The notes: generated by a model from the sequence alone, not told the origin. Numbered from the stretch's first letter, positions 11,750 through 25,764 are shown. The stretch: 64,000 bases of DNA from Octopus vulgaris (GCA_951406725.2 OX597816.1:35774001-35838000), one strand, 5' to 3'. Translations and numbers: made by a program.

Positions 11750-12900
11750 GCACTGCTAGATGCATTAAATGACTAGGCCACTAGTCAGTATCACTATGGA
11801 GGTCTGGAGTTGATGAACTCTTTGAACGCACTTTCAGCATCGGTTTGATTTTTGAACTACTCTTTCTCCCGCAGGAAACCATCTAAGTGCTTGAAAAAGT
11901 GGTAGTCGGTAGGAAAATATCGGGGGAATGAGCTGAGTTAGGAAGAACTTTATTGCCAAGTTCCCTCAACTTCTGGAACATCATTAGTGAAGCGTGTGGT
12001 CGTGCATTGTCATGAAGAATGATTGGCCCTCTTTTGTTGACCAGTCTGAGACAGAGGATTAGCTGTTCTTCACATATTTTGGCGATTTCATGGCAATCTG
12101 TTTCTGCAGTAATGTTTTTTTATACGTTTTAAGAAGTTATAGTGATTGAGTCCAGCAGTACACCATCGAACAGTCGCCATAACCTTCTTTTTGAGGAACT
12201 GGTGGTTAGTTTATGTTTTCAGTGCTTCATTCTGGTCCAACCACTGAGAAGAACTCTTTTTTTATTATTGTACAGAATCCACTTTTCATCGCAGGTATAC
12301 AACACGGCCGAGAAATGGACCGCTCTGACTACGAAATAGAAGCGTCGAGCAAAGTTCATATCTACACATTTTCTTATTTTCATTCAGAGCATGTGATTCG
12401 TAATCATTTTTTTAAATTTTCCAATGGCATGCAAATTTTGTAGGCAGTTTTCTATCTAAATTGAAGTTATTTTGGCAGTTCTCGAGTGGTTTTACGTGGA
12501 TCTTTCTCAACGACGGTCTTTAATTGTCCACCATCGATGACGATCTTCAAGACTCAGGGCACTACTGCGAAATTGTTTAAACCATATTCAAGCTGACCAC
12601 TGCCTGGTCATTTTCTCACCAAACGTTTCGGTGATATCGCGAGCAGTTTCAGCTGTTTTACGTCTTCTTTTGAAGTTATGTAGCAAAATTACTCGAATAT
12701 CGCGCTTTGACAATTCCGTTTCAGATTATTGTAACAACGGTGAAAAAATTATCAATGTTATTTTATTGATGCATTTAGGCAAGTCTATGTCTGTATTATA
12801 TGACAATTGCCAAAAAATGTTTAAAGGAAATTCAAAACTCTGCAAGAATCCGGTGCCATTTCGTCATAGTTCAAAACGTTGCTTGTTTAATACTCAACCT
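11750..12900 (-). mobile_element. Decayed mariner (DD34D-type) element
   Basis: Minus-strand LVNKRGPIILHDNARPH (~11995-12045) and PTDYHFFKHLD (~11880-11912); frameshifted. Confidence 0.85.
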
Positions 12901-13590
12901 GATATATACAAATTATAAAAATAATTTTAAAAATCATACAGTACAGTACTGTTTCTACTTCGTGGACTTTCACCTATCGCAGTGGAGGTGCAGTTTGGAA
13001 CGTAACACCTGCGATAGTCGAGGAATAACTGTCTATTCGAAAGCATATTTTTCTCTTCCAATATTTACACTTTAGACATTACGCAAATAATATTCTATAC
13101 AGAAACCGTGAATAAGTACAAGCAACTGAACAGCTTATTAATAGCGAAGAGTTTGTCAGATGTTTTGAATAATCCAACATTTTCTGCATGAACAACTGGC
13201 ACATAACGTCAGAATTCATGATTGAATTTACGATCTTCCAAATTCCGTATACACAAGTAAGCTCACAAGTGACAAGAGAAAATAAATACTGAACGTTTAA
13301 CCTTACATTGATTCCTTTATTTCATGGGAATGCTTTGACGTTTAATACATGCCATTTTCCTGAATAGCATTTTCTTAACGTTTTTATGCATGGCAGCAAT
13401 CCTGTTTTACCTGAGCATAATACTTATCTATTGCATCAGCTCTTTATATGTAACATTTTCTTATTGTGCAAGATCACGGCTATACAGTCTGTTAATGTAT
13501 TCTCTATGCATTAAAACCAGGACGTGTATACTCACACGCAAATACACACATACATAGGTGTTTATGTGTATGTATATTCCCATCAATCTA

Positions 13591-13631
<41 letters not shown>

Positions 13632-13664
13632 GAGGCACTGAGCAGTTATACGCACACATACACA

Positions 13665-13819
13665 CACGGCAGTAACTTCCGCCTACCGAATTCAATCACA
13701 AAGCGTCGGTGGGCTCGGGGCTATAGTAGAAGATACCTGCTCAAAGTGCCACGCAGTGGGACTGAACCCGAAACCATGTAGCTAGTAAGCAAACTCCCTA
13801 ACCACACAGCCATGCCCCT
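13665..13819 (-). mobile_element. SINE family A, head half
   Basis: GTGCCACGCAGTGGGACTGAACCCGAAACCATGT..ACCACACAGCC. Confidence 0.75.
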
Positions 13820-14669
13820 ATCAATCTATCTATATCTATATGTGTGCGTGTGTGTGTGTGTATATATACATATATACATATATATGTGAGTTTACGAGAG
13901 TGTGTGTGAATATGTATGTGTACATATGTATACTTAATTATAAATGTTTTTATGAGTATATTGTACTTGTGTATGTTGGCATCTGTATATGTAGATACAC
14001 ATATATATGAGCATGTATGTATGTAAACATTCATGTATGTATGTATGTAAGTATGTATATGTAAATATATAAATACTTCTACAGTTGTTCTTCGTGGTTG
14101 GTGTATGATACTGCCTGAGTCGTTTCTTTTATGGTTGTTCGTGTTAATTGGGAAATATTTGTATCAGGTAAATTTGCTGCTGCTGTTGTTTTTGTTCAGA
14201 TTAAATAAATATGTTAATAATGGAATTTGACTGTGATTTATATTAGATCTTGTAACTGCATCGAGACTCTTGTGTGAGGAGAAAATAACTGGATTTTCGA
14301 CCAAAACATAACTACCGTCGTTTATAGCAAACCATTCTTTAAGTAAAGTGTACTAGCCATCTGAATGTGGCTAGCCACTGGGGGTGGGTGTTACTGACGC
14401 TTTTAGCCCCAGGAGATCCACGTCTCCAGCTGTCCGTAGACATAATTTCTGTGCCCTTATGATATTTGCAAAGGGAGGTCATCCTCCCTACCTCCCAATA
14501 GAAGCTCGAACAGGATGCTGCATCTGCGAAAGATCGAAAGCAATCGTACTGTTTCATTTAAAACAATATATAAGTTTCTTTAAATCATGAAATTTAGCAA
14601 CAAACTAACAGACTTCAAAATGCAAAATATTTGAAATCCTCAACAGAACGCAGAAAATATTGATTTCAA

Positions 14670-14878
14670 ATTTTATTACAAGGCCAGTAGTTTCGAGGTA
14701 AGTGTGTTAGTCCATTAAATCGACCCCAGTGCTAAACTGATACTTATTTTATTGACCCCGAATGGATGAAGGGTAATGCCAACTACGGCAGAATTTTAAC
14801 TCAGAACGTGAAAACGAACGAAATGCAAGCAAGGCATTTTACCATACGTGCTAATTAATTATTCTGCCCGCTCACCGT
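14670..14878 (-). mobile_element. SINE family B, diverged
   Basis: ATCGACCCCAGTG..ACTTATTTTATTGACCCCGAATGGATGAA..AACTCAGAACG. Confidence 0.75.
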
Positions 14879-15824
14879 TTAATCAAATCAGAAAACATTC
14901 TCGAATAACAGTAGTAGGTTGGAGTGCTTATCTTGGAATCGCAAGTTAGTGAAAGCACAGCAATTAGAAAGACATATTGTCTATTATTTGCTAACTCATC
15001 ATTGCACGTTATGCTTTTAATTGAAATGTTCGAATAATTTTTCCTTGAAATAAGCACGTCTTTAAACTGAATTAATACTGACACGTATTCTTCATTAGAA
15101 AAGAAAAGCTTTGTGTCACCTAAATGCTTTTTCGTCCCTTGTAATACGCGGGAAATAAAAATTACAATAAAAAGTAACGTCTGTAGAAAAATAAGAAATA
15201 CAAATCGCCAATATTATTTTATGGTAATTCAAGTAAATCTTGATGTTCTAATACAATCTACCACTGCCTGTTTTGTAAAATTACACCGTTATTCTCCACA
15301 TTTACGTAGAATTCTGACAAATCAAACAAGTAGAGTAGCAAAGTAATTCTATAACCCAAAGTTGAAAATTCACATGTGATTCCTAAAGAGTGAAAACATT
15401 TAAGTGAATATTCACAAAGAAAATAGCAAAAGTAAACGTCACAGTAAATGATAATCGTACGTTTTGTTGAAGAGAGATCAAGTTAAAGTTGATCCAGTCT
15501 AAGGAAGCAATATACATTACAATATCACGTAGTATTTTACCGTATGCATTTCAGATAAAATCTGAAGGATCTATAGCATAGGAATACAGACATTTATTTC
15601 AATTGGTACTTTCTCATTTGTAACTAGAATGTGTAAGTAGGCCGTATACATGTACAGACCAAAGGCCGAATGATTCAATGTTTGAAGAAATGCTGTGAAG
15701 CTAAGACCTGTATGGACGTGTATTCACGGGTGGCCCCATAAATCGGCCATTTCTATCTTTATCTAAATACTCTACTGCTCTATTACTTAGAGCATGCTTA
15801 TCCCTCGGATTTATGATTCACTGC

Positions 15825-15869
<45 letters not shown>

Positions 15870-15876
<7 letters not shown>

Positions 15877-16162
15877 ATCACGTGACCGACCAGGCCATCA
15901 GATGTTGTTACACATCGCTGGTCACAATGTGTTCGCATTGTTTTAGCCTTCGAATGACGCCACCCCGCTGGCTAAGCGAGCAGGCCAACAGAAGAAAGAG
16001 TGCTGATCACCACCAACAGCAGGGATCACCACCCCCTGCCGGAGTCTCGTGGAGCTTCTAGGTGTTTTCGCTCAATAAACACTTACAACGCCCGGTCTGG
16101 GAATCGAAACCGCGATCCTACAACCGCGAGTCCGCTGCCGTAACCACTGGGCCATTGCGCCT

Positions 16163-16164
<2 letters not shown>
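15870..16164 (-). mobile_element. tRNA-derived SINE, family C, with CACGTGATCACGTG tail, flanked by (TA)n on both sides
   Basis: Head GGAGGCGCAATGGCCCAGTGG..GGTTTCGATTCCC shared with 46897 and 20437; different tail. Confidence 0.8.
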
Positions 16165-16224
<60 letters not shown>

Positions 16225-16314
16225 TAATAAATAAAATATATGCATACATACATACATATATGTACGTACCTACATTTACATGTATATATACATGCATATA
16301 TAAATATATATACG

Positions 16315-16495
16315 TGAGTACAGGACACCACAAATAGACGTAGAACTCAACGAGAAACGAAAACGTAAAAACAAGCATGGAACGGACCATTCTTTTACAA
16401 CGAAAAAACAGAGTACAAGAGAAACTACACAAGGAAAATTCCCTTTCATCAGATGTCCCTGGTTCAACTCCAGCGTGTTTCGAAGGTGAGGACAT
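16315..16495 (-). repeat. Dispersed pseudo-LTR-like repeat; relatives at ~5120-5290 and ~41800-41960 (+)
   Basis: Shared blocks CTGANGAAGGG..TGTACTC..GTTTTCGTTTC..TG.TGTCCT.TAC.CA. Confidence 0.6.
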
Positions 16496-16607
16496 ATATA
16501 TATATATATAACGAGAAGGTTTACAAAAATAAACAAAAGACGAAGGCAGGTGGAGTACAAACAAACAAATGTATTAGTATGGCGTTCAGGAATAGAAATA
16601 GAACAAG

Positions 16608-16645
16608 TCTTTTACGTTTCAAGGCTACGCTCTTCAACAGAAAGA
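16608..16645 (-). ncRNA. Minimal hammerhead-like motif, U6 core variant, in pLTR-like repeat 16510-16705
   Basis: TCTTT-CTGTTGA-A-GAGC-GTAG-CCTT-GAAAC-GT-A-AAAGA. Confidence 0.55.
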
Positions 16646-16708
16646 TACACAGAAAAGAAACGAGGAGAGAAACAAGGAGAGAAAAAAATGCGTGCAGGAG
16701 CTAACACA

Positions 16709-17131
16709 CTTTACTGTTTTTCTCATTTCAGTCATCTTGACTATGGCCATGCTGGAGCACCACCTTTAGTCGAGCGAATCGACGCCACGACTTACTCTTT
16801 GTAAGCCTAGTACTTATTCTATCGGTCTATTTTACCGAACCGCTAAGTTACGGGGATGTAAACACATCATCATCGATTGTCAAACGATGTTTTGGTGACA
16901 AACACAGACACCCAAACACATACACACACACACACACATACATATATATATACATATATACGTCGGGCTTCTTTCAATTTCCGCTTACCAAATCCATTCA
17001 AAAGGCTTTGGTCGGCCCGAGGCTATAGTAGAAGCCACTTGCCCGAGATGCCACGCAATGGGACTGGGACTGAACCCGGAACATTGTGGTTGGCAAGCAA
17101 GCTACTTACCACCCACACACTCCTACGCCTA
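16709..17131 (-). mobile_element. SINE family A, full length
   Basis: Collinear with the other family A copies. Confidence 0.88.
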
Positions 17132-17173
17132 TATATATATATATATATATTATATATTATTATTATTATTATT

Positions 17174-17726
17174 GAATGAGAGAGCAGTTCATGCCATCAA
17201 AGAGACACTAGGGTAAAATATACGAAGCCCAATATACCCATCATGACTACTCGACTGATAAGGGTAAAATAGGCACATGCATCACAACCATATGTGCGTG
17301 ACATGGTGATCTCATATCAACACAAACAGCACCTGACCTTGCAGGTGGGGCCCAGTTAGAATTTTCTTCAGGATGAGTAGCCCAACCCGCTCAAAAGGTC
17401 CCTGAATAAGAGTTGTTTAAGGATGTTGAAAGAATCACCCATGTTTCCAGAGGTGAACTATTCAAACCCCAAAGAATCCCTCTCAACACATGGCTATGAT
17501 GCTCCCCACTACTTCTGCTCGTGAAAAGAGATGCACATATTGTCAACCACCAAGGAACATGCTCAACTGGTTAAGGTCAAACAACTGACAAGCAAATCTG
17601 TGGTATTGAGCAGAATATTTGCTGTAGCCCATCTTTTATACCAAGACAAAACAATGTACATGATGACACTTCCAATCAGTTAAGATCAGAAGCCATGAGA
17701 GCCACTGCCTGGTACTGCATCAGGGC

Positions 17727-17730
<4 letters not shown>
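17174..17730 (-). mobile_element. ~555-bp non-coding retroposon-like element in (TAA)n, copy 1
   Basis: Highly similar to 17761-18123, 43229-43789 and 44066-44616; (TTA)n on both sides; orientation inferred from one-sided truncation. Confidence 0.85.
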
Positions 17731-17760
<30 letters not shown>

Positions 17761-18121
17761 GAGTGAGAGAACAGTGCATGCCATCAAAGTGACACTAGAG
17801 TAAAATATACGAAGCTCAGTTTACCCATCATGACTACCCGTCTGATAAGGGTACAATAGGCACATGCATCACAACCATATGTGCGCGATATGGTGATCTC
17901 ATATCAATATAAACAGCACATGACCTTGCAGGTGGGGCCCAATTAGAATTTTCTCCTGGTCGAGTAACACATCCTGCTCAAAATGTCCCTGAATAAGGGT
18001 TGTTTAAGGAAGTTGAACGAAACACCCATGTTTCCAGAGGTGAATTATTCAAACTTCAAAGAATCCTTCTCAACACTTGGCTATGATGCTCCCCCACTTC
18101 TTCTGCTCGTGATCAGAGATG

Positions 18122-18123
<2 letters not shown>
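17761..18123 (-). mobile_element. ~555-bp element, copy 2, 5'-truncated
   Basis: Same left end GAGTGAGAGA; stops at TCAGAGATGCA, then (TTA)n. Confidence 0.85.
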
Positions 18124-18200
<77 letters not shown>

Positions 18201-18302
18201 GCGTGTGTTTCTGTGCGTGCGTGTGTGTGTGTGTGTGTGTATACATGCATGTCTATAGCGATCGACCGGCCTACAACACTATACACCCATAAATCCACTC
18301 AC

Positions 18303-18344
18303 CATAATTTATTTTGGCTGAACTCCATGTATTACTGCTTAACA
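18303..18344 (-). CDS. Candidate 42-nt symmetric (phase 1-1) exon (xLSSNTWSSAKINYx)
   Basis: Strong acceptor ttctgtattttcag and donor ATG|gtgagt; length is a multiple of 3; single open frame. Confidence 0.38.
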
Positions 18345-20436
18345 CTGAAAATACAGAATTAATGTACCAGTAATCACATCGCGTCCACATAACTATGAAT
18401 TGTTGTTTCAGCTTTCTGTAATCCCTTCATAACAGTTAATTTTTAGTGTTTCCTATGGGGATGTCGAAGATAAGAAACCAATATACTGCACAGCATCTTT
18501 CTCAGTGTCTGCATTCGCAATTGGTGCGCTGTTACGGGAGTTCCATGATTTTGAGTAGTGTAGAAACGCATCTTAGTGGAAATTCTTTCCAGGTTTAATC
18601 TAACCCGGAGTAGTAGCACTTTTTAGGATCCCAGCTATGGGTTGTATAGCATGTGAACCACTCGGAGTGAGGAGCCCCTAGCTCTCGTTGGAATTTCCTC
18701 CTAGGAGAAGGTAAATCTGTATAAATAAACCTGAAATGCAATCAACTTCTGGCCGTTTCAACGCACGTTGCGCTATTGGTGTTATAGCTGATTACGCTGA
18801 AAGTGGATCCTGTGCTGTGCAACAGTTTATTCACTCAAAACAAATTTACATCTAGAAATTTCATGGAGTCTTGAAATATTTCCATGGCCTTACTATAGTG
18901 AGTAAGTGGTCTTACTCGGTTACGATTTGACTTCCCACCACCACCATATTCAACTCATTAGCACAAGCCGAACAATAATGTATCGTTAGCGATGTGTATA
19001 CATTCAGGGACATTTTACAGTTAGAAATTTAAACAAACAGCATTTCAAATATTCTACAATGCTATTGGGAATAGCTTCTGACCTGACGTTTCAGTTGATT
19101 CTTTTACATAACTATTGGCATTTTCGTGTAATTGAAAAATTTGATTCCATCTGAGACATGGGTTTTATAGTATCTGGCAAAATAATCAACCCTAAAGCGT
19201 ATTGAATTAAACTGAGCTTTTTATTTTTATTTTTTCTTTAGAAAGCAATGGCTGATAAATAACGTAATGAAAGTGGAAAAAATCTAAGTATCGTACATCT
19301 TAAACAAAGATTTGAACAAAGGATACATAATTAAATGCTAGTAACAAAGAAAAACAAAGCTGAGGTTGGGTAGGTCAGAGAAGCTCGCCAATATATTATA
19401 TTATCAAGAGACTTATTTCACTTATGAACAAGTATGTTGTGATTTATGCATTCTTGTAATACATGTGTAATTTTCCTGATGATATATAGAATGTTGTAAA
19501 GATTTTCGTGGCTTGTTATTAAGTGCAAATCTTTATTGCACAGGGAATTAGTAAGAAAAAATTAGAGGTATGCACCATTTACATGTTCCAACGTTTAATA
19601 AATTGTCATTCTCCAAGATTGAAAAAACTCAATGGTATATTACATATAAACAGATAAAATCTAACTGTATCCTGACTATAGATATCGAAACTCTAACTTT
19701 ATAATGATGTCTTAAGTTTATGCTGTCAAATTCCATTACTGAAAATATAAAACAATACATCAAATATATGTATAAGGAAGAAAAATAACGAATTTGAAAA
19801 AATACTATATGTTATACGAAGAACATAATCGTATATCATCCCATTGCCTCATAATATTTGTTTGTTTTTGTTTTTGTTTTTTCTAACTGAAAGAACGGAA
19901 AATACTATCTACGAGGAAAACGTACTCGTTTATCGTCGTTTAGGTATAATGGATATAATAAGGGATGCTGGTGTATGATCTTCCCCTCACTACCACATTT
20001 CTTTGATATTCTAAGACACGTCTTGCTGTCGCTTCAGATAATATATCCAAGTAGAATCACCAGATCCTACAAATCCGTCATATAACTTTCTTATCAGCTT
20101 CGCTTCCCTGTTAGCTTATCATGGCGCCGTAATACTTTGTTTCTCACAGCTCACACAAATATTTCAGTTTCGAAAGTTATACATGGACAGAATACATAAA
20201 AAAAACGTATTTGAAAGAGCGCATGCTAAAGTTAATGGCAGAAACTGCTCATATAAGTTTTTTCTGATTATAACATATATACTTTATAAGTAGATAGCTT
20301 TCATATAATAACAATAGCAATATCAGCGTCTATGAAAGAGACTACGTTTCATATTAATTAGGGATGCAAGCACAATGAAGTATTTGAGTATCACAATGAA
20401 TCGATCCGGGATATTTAATATTACGTGTTCGCAAGT

Positions 20437-20740
20437 GGAGGCACATGGCCTAGTGGTCAGAACAGCGGACTCGTGGTCGAGGGGTCGCGGGTTCGAATCT
20501 CACACCGGGTGATGTGTGTGTTTATGAGCGAAATACCTAAGCTCCACATGGCTCCGGCAGAAGGTAATAGCGAACTTCTGCTGACTCTTTCGCCACAACT
20601 TTCTCTCACTCTTTCCTCCTGCATCTTGCAGCTCACCTGCGACGGACCGGCGTCCCGTCCAGGTGGGGAACCTATACGCCAAGAAACCGGGAAACCGGCC
20701 CTATGAGCCAGGCATGGCTCGAAAAGGAACAAACAACAAC
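20437..20740 (+). mobile_element. SINE family C head with V-domain-like body; direct repeat at both ends
   Basis: tRNA-like head TGGCCTAGTGG..GGTTCGAATCTC; CCTGCGACGGACCGGCGTCCCGTCCAGG; (AAC)n tail; CAAGTGGAG at 20432-20440 and 20740-20748. Confidence 0.8.
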
Positions 20741-21594
20741 AAGTGGAGTTAGGACCCATTTTTATATCTCATGCGGCAATATCCCTGCTGTTTCGTGGCG
20801 TATGTCAGTTTTGAGTAGACTATTGTTAACCATGATTTCTTCATCCTTGTTCACTCGCTTATATTGGAAGACTTTTCTTCGAAATCAATAAGTTTCACTT
20901 TTTTCTGTGAAACTGATGATATATAGAATCCGATATAAGTTTCCTAGGCGACGGTAGTGATCTGTTACACTGTTCTCGTGGCGAATACAACCTGTAATCC
21001 CCCCGTACTTTTAATAGTATCCATGCCTCTAAACAGTGCAATACAAAAGATTATAATATTTCTTTGTACACTTTACACTGCACTTGAATCCGCTGGTGTT
21101 CTCCATGCTCAACATTGAGCATACCAGCCTAGGCTTGCACATCCTGCAGGAATGTTTGTCAGTGAAACTTTCATCACCAAAGCTTTTACTACCCAGGTAA
21201 CTAGAGTTGCTTCTTCTAGCGTCTGCTTCGTAATTGTCGCCAGCCCATATTGTGCCACTTGGTTCTTTGAAGCCTCATTAATACAGAACCTCGGGCATCC
21301 AGGTGTAAACATTTAAATTTAGATTTGTGGGTGCACTGACAAAAACAAAAAACGGGCTCTGCATTTCCCATTCCTATGGAAACATAGGTACATTTGTTTG
21401 CAATCGCATTCCTCTCATTGACGTGAATATGGTCTTAGTTGAAGTTTACAGTGCGACAACCTAGAGACAAAACATTGCGACGTGTTTCTATGTTTTCATA
21501 TATGCGTTTATATATATGGGTGTTTGTGTGTGTGTGTGAGTGTGTGTGTATGTATGTATGTACGTGTGATGTATGTCTCTCTCTCTTTCTCTCT

Positions 21595-21642
<48 letters not shown>

Positions 21643-21732
21643 TATATAAATTCCGTTGTCTGTGTGTGTGTGTGTGTATCTTTTAGGATCTCGGGCGTCC
21701 ACCATCCGAATGCGCTCAAATTTCAGATGTAG

Positions 21733-21958
21733 ATACCTATTTCTTTACTACCCACAAGGGGCTAAACACAGAAGGGACAAACAAGGACAAACACACGAAT
21801 TAAGTCGATTATATCGACCCCAGTGCGTAACTGGTACTTATTTAATCGACCCCGAATGGATGAAAGGCAAAGTCAACCTCGGCAGAATTTGAACTCAGAA
21901 AATAACGGCAGACGAAATACGGCTACGCATTTTGCCCGGCGGGCTAACGTTTCTGCCG
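21733..21958 (-). mobile_element. SINE family B
   Basis: Reverse complement of the 6975-7211 type. Confidence 0.87.
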
Positions 21959-22516
21959 GGCATGTATAAGTCTTGAAAAAATTACAAAAATCGATTCCAG
22001 GAGAGAATGCGACCGATAAAGCCATGGGAACGTGCATTTGTACGCGCCAGTACATCAGCTGTTGCGATCGATACAATTTGCACAAAAAAAAAAAAAGCCG
22101 GCTGGCTTGAAATAATGCCACAAAATGCAGTATATTTAAGAGACAAAAAATATGCAAAAGAGATATTTTCTCCAAACTTGACATTTCTTCCGTCAACCTG
22201 TACATAACTGCACCTTCCATTTTTTGTTGTTTTTGTACTGCTTAAAGACACGTTTCTTTCCTGCCAAGCTTACTGTTTAAACCATGCTTGTGTTCACCCA
22301 GTCAACATCCTTATCATTACTGGTAATTTGAATTCTTCGATTGCATATTTGTGTGAATAAAATCGTTTTTCTTCAGACTGAGGAAAAAAGTCTATCTTTA
22401 TTTCTTCTTTAGCTAGTGTCTCAAACTTAGGTTAAAACAGTGTTTGTCAAAGGGCAGGCCTATGTGACGGTCGGACAAGTTGTTTTGAGAAAAAATATAT
22501 ATATAAATATCTGATA

Positions 22517-22557
<41 letters not shown>

Positions 22558-22566
22558 TCTGATATG

Positions 22567-22613
<47 letters not shown>

Positions 22614-22827
22614 TATATGAAAGATGGAAAGAGAGAATTTACAGTCTAGTATAATCCAATTTGTGGCTAACAGCATCGGATAGTAAGGAATAACCTGGGA
22701 CTATATGAGGTAACCAATTTCAATATGTTTCATCCATGGGTAAATCCTGAGTTCGCTTCATTGGATTGTATACAAGACGGTTCAAATAAATAAGGTGAGT
22801 TATTCAGTTTTTATTATTAAGTCTTTA

Positions 22828-22978
22828 TGTTCTGAGTTCAAATTCTGCCGAGATCGACTTAGCTTTTCATCCTTTCGGGGACGATCAATTAAGTACCAGT
22901 TGCGTACTGGGTTCAATCGATTTGACTGGCTCCTCCCCACAAATTTCAGGCCGTATGCCTATAGTAGAAACGATTATT
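22828..22978 (+). mobile_element. SINE family B, partial
   Basis: GTTCTGAGTTCAAATTC..TTTCATCCTTTCGGGG..AAGTACCAG. Confidence 0.75.
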
Positions 22979-23810
22979 AGAGGCATTTATACGACATATG
23001 GGATTTAAACATTTCTGCGAGATATATTTCCACTACTTGACGTTAATTAACTAAATTAGGATATTGAATTCATGATCGCAAGATCACGGTTTCCATTCCG
23101 GGCCTGGGAATTCACAGTATTCTTGAGCAAGCCATTTCATGTTGTTCTATGGTCAATTCGATATCTATGTTGTTATGGCAGCGTGCAATTTTGCGACAGG
23201 CAATTTCAATTTGATAGAAGTGAGCTAAAGTGCTACATTTGAAACGAATTCGAGTAGGCTATTCAGCATTAAATTGCGGAACTATAACGTATATTTTTAG
23301 ATAGATAGTCACAATAGATAATCGGGTTAGTGCAACAGCAGTGTTGCAGTCCAAATCGTGGAGAATCTATAAGACGGTAAAAGAAGATATATCGATGAAG
23401 AATGATCTGCGTGTCATACAACGGGTATATGACCTTTGTTAGCTCTTCCCGTAACTATACATTTGCACATGTATCCCTATATAATTTGAGGATATATGCA
23501 CGTGTAATTATCACTGTTACATAAAGTAATGTGGATTGAATTTATATCTTATTTATAACTTCAAGTTTATTCATAATTAAGCCCCTACAATTAACTAAAG
23601 AATATGATATCAAAGAAATTTATATATATTGAACTTGAATATCCAAGGTGTAAGTCTAGATTCACCGACATTATACCTATTCATCTTCATGATAACATAT
23701 ATACGCATTATTGATTTTGGAGTAGTAAAAATGTTATAAAATATCATATAAACTGGCAGTAATATTGCATGTAGTTTCTTCTTACACCGACATACACAGA
23801 CATTCATCCC

Positions 23811-23897
<87 letters not shown>

Positions 23898-23901
23898 ACA
23901 C

Positions 23902-23947
<46 letters not shown>

Positions 23948-23957
23948 ATATATATAT

Positions 23958-24025
<68 letters not shown>

Positions 24026-25688
24026 ATATATATTAATATATATATATACATATATATATATATATTTATATATTAATATATATATATATATATATACATA
24101 CTCCCACACACATATAGACATATATATATATATTCATGTATGTATGTATTAGAGAAAAACGTGTAAACATTTTTCGATTGGCATGTACATAGAATGCTTA
24201 CTAATAAAATATCTTTCATGGTGACATGGAAATTAGCAGTCCAATGTATAGTTTATTGATTATCAATGCTCACATAACTTTTTTTTATTTCTAAATATCT
24301 TTACTCTGTGTTTTGTTTTATTTTATATAGAAGGAATTATGAAACAGACCAATTCTGATGAGTGCAAAAAATAAATTTCGACCAATTAGCTTTTAATTAA
24401 TAGACTGTTAGGATGAAATATTTGGTGTACGTATGTACATGAAGTGCTTTTATTAAATATATTAATGCAATTCTACTAATTTGTTTATCTGATAATATCT
24501 GGATAATTATACTCTAACGTTCGCGAAAATGACATTTTTTATATTGCTGAAAGAATAAGCTAATTCATAGCGACTAGAGAAAGCATATACACACCGTCTT
24601 TAACGTTATGGACACCTTTTTAATGTAAAAACATATACACAAGTTTCTATTTATACACCGTTTTAAGAAACTTTAAGAACTGTTTCTGTCTGAAACATTG
24701 TGAATATATATATATATTTATGCATATACCATGTATCCACTATTCTTCTGCAAAGTATTTCACGTTTGTAATTTGATGTGCGTCCGTGTCGTATCACAGT
24801 GTTGTATCACAGCGTTGTATCATAGAGTGGTATCTGTCTGAAAAGAGAAGAAATATTAGATATATTTCACTGAATTTATGGACATTATAGTTTTACGTAA
24901 TACTTAGTAATACTTAGTGTCCTGACATTTTCAATGATATGATTTGATCATATATTTACGCCTCGGTTCACATGCGTTTTCGGACGAATACTATAAAATA
25001 AACCGTGCAAGCGATGTATTAAGAAATATACTGCTCAAATTTACCTGTCACATTACTAATATTTACATGTCAGAATGAGATCCCTTCAAGCTAAAATCTG
25101 ATCGGATTTCGATCCAGAGTTTTAATGTCAATTCATATATCTCAGTAATACAGCTAAGATATTTTTAAAGTTTAAGGGAAAATAAATGTCGTTGGTTTAT
25201 AAGCATCCGACATCGTGCAAATATATGACATTATGCTTTTCAAATCTGACAAATGAAGTTATTTCCTTAGAGTTATATATTTTGCAATAATCTGGCATTC
25301 TTATGTCAGTCTTCAAAGTCAAGCACTCCGTAAATCACTCTATAAAACGCATTTATTAGCTCGAATTTTAATATAAATATCAATTTGAGAGGAAATATAC
25401 CTAGCTTAAGATGTCTAGGTTGTTGTTCCGTGTAAACCGGTTTCCTTGTGTTGTGAAATTCTTTTATATTAACTTATTTCTTGTTGTTGTCTCTTGAATA
25501 AAAATGATCCAAGAAATATACATACATTTTCTAAACTACCTTTATAGTAAATTTCTATATATACTTTATTTTCATTATAGTTTTTATTACGTAATAAAGA
25601 AATTATGTTTCATTACATCTGAAGACGCACGGTATTGCTGCAAATTAAAGCAGTGCTGTTATAGTTGCTTATTGAAAATCGGTATCTG

Positions 25689-25764
<76 letters not shown>

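Noticed and set aside
12973-13020. Hairpin CTATCGCAG..GGTG/CACCTGCGATAG considered as an snRNA fragment
   Set aside because: No match to recalled snRNA motifs; single isolated hairpin.
17150-18200. Unit-spacer-unit pattern superficially like a CRISPR array or LTR pair
   Set aside because: The units are ~555 bp and the spacers are microsatellite; eukaryotic context, no cas genes, no internal LTR-element sequence.
21980-22380. Overlapping short ORFs and a good minus-strand acceptor at ~22378
   Set aside because: Several mutually exclusive readings and no recognisable domain.
24331-24430. Plus-strand AG..GT segment ending ATG AAA TAT TTG GTG TAC|gtatgt
   Set aside because: Stops in all frames before the ATG and no compatible downstream exon found.
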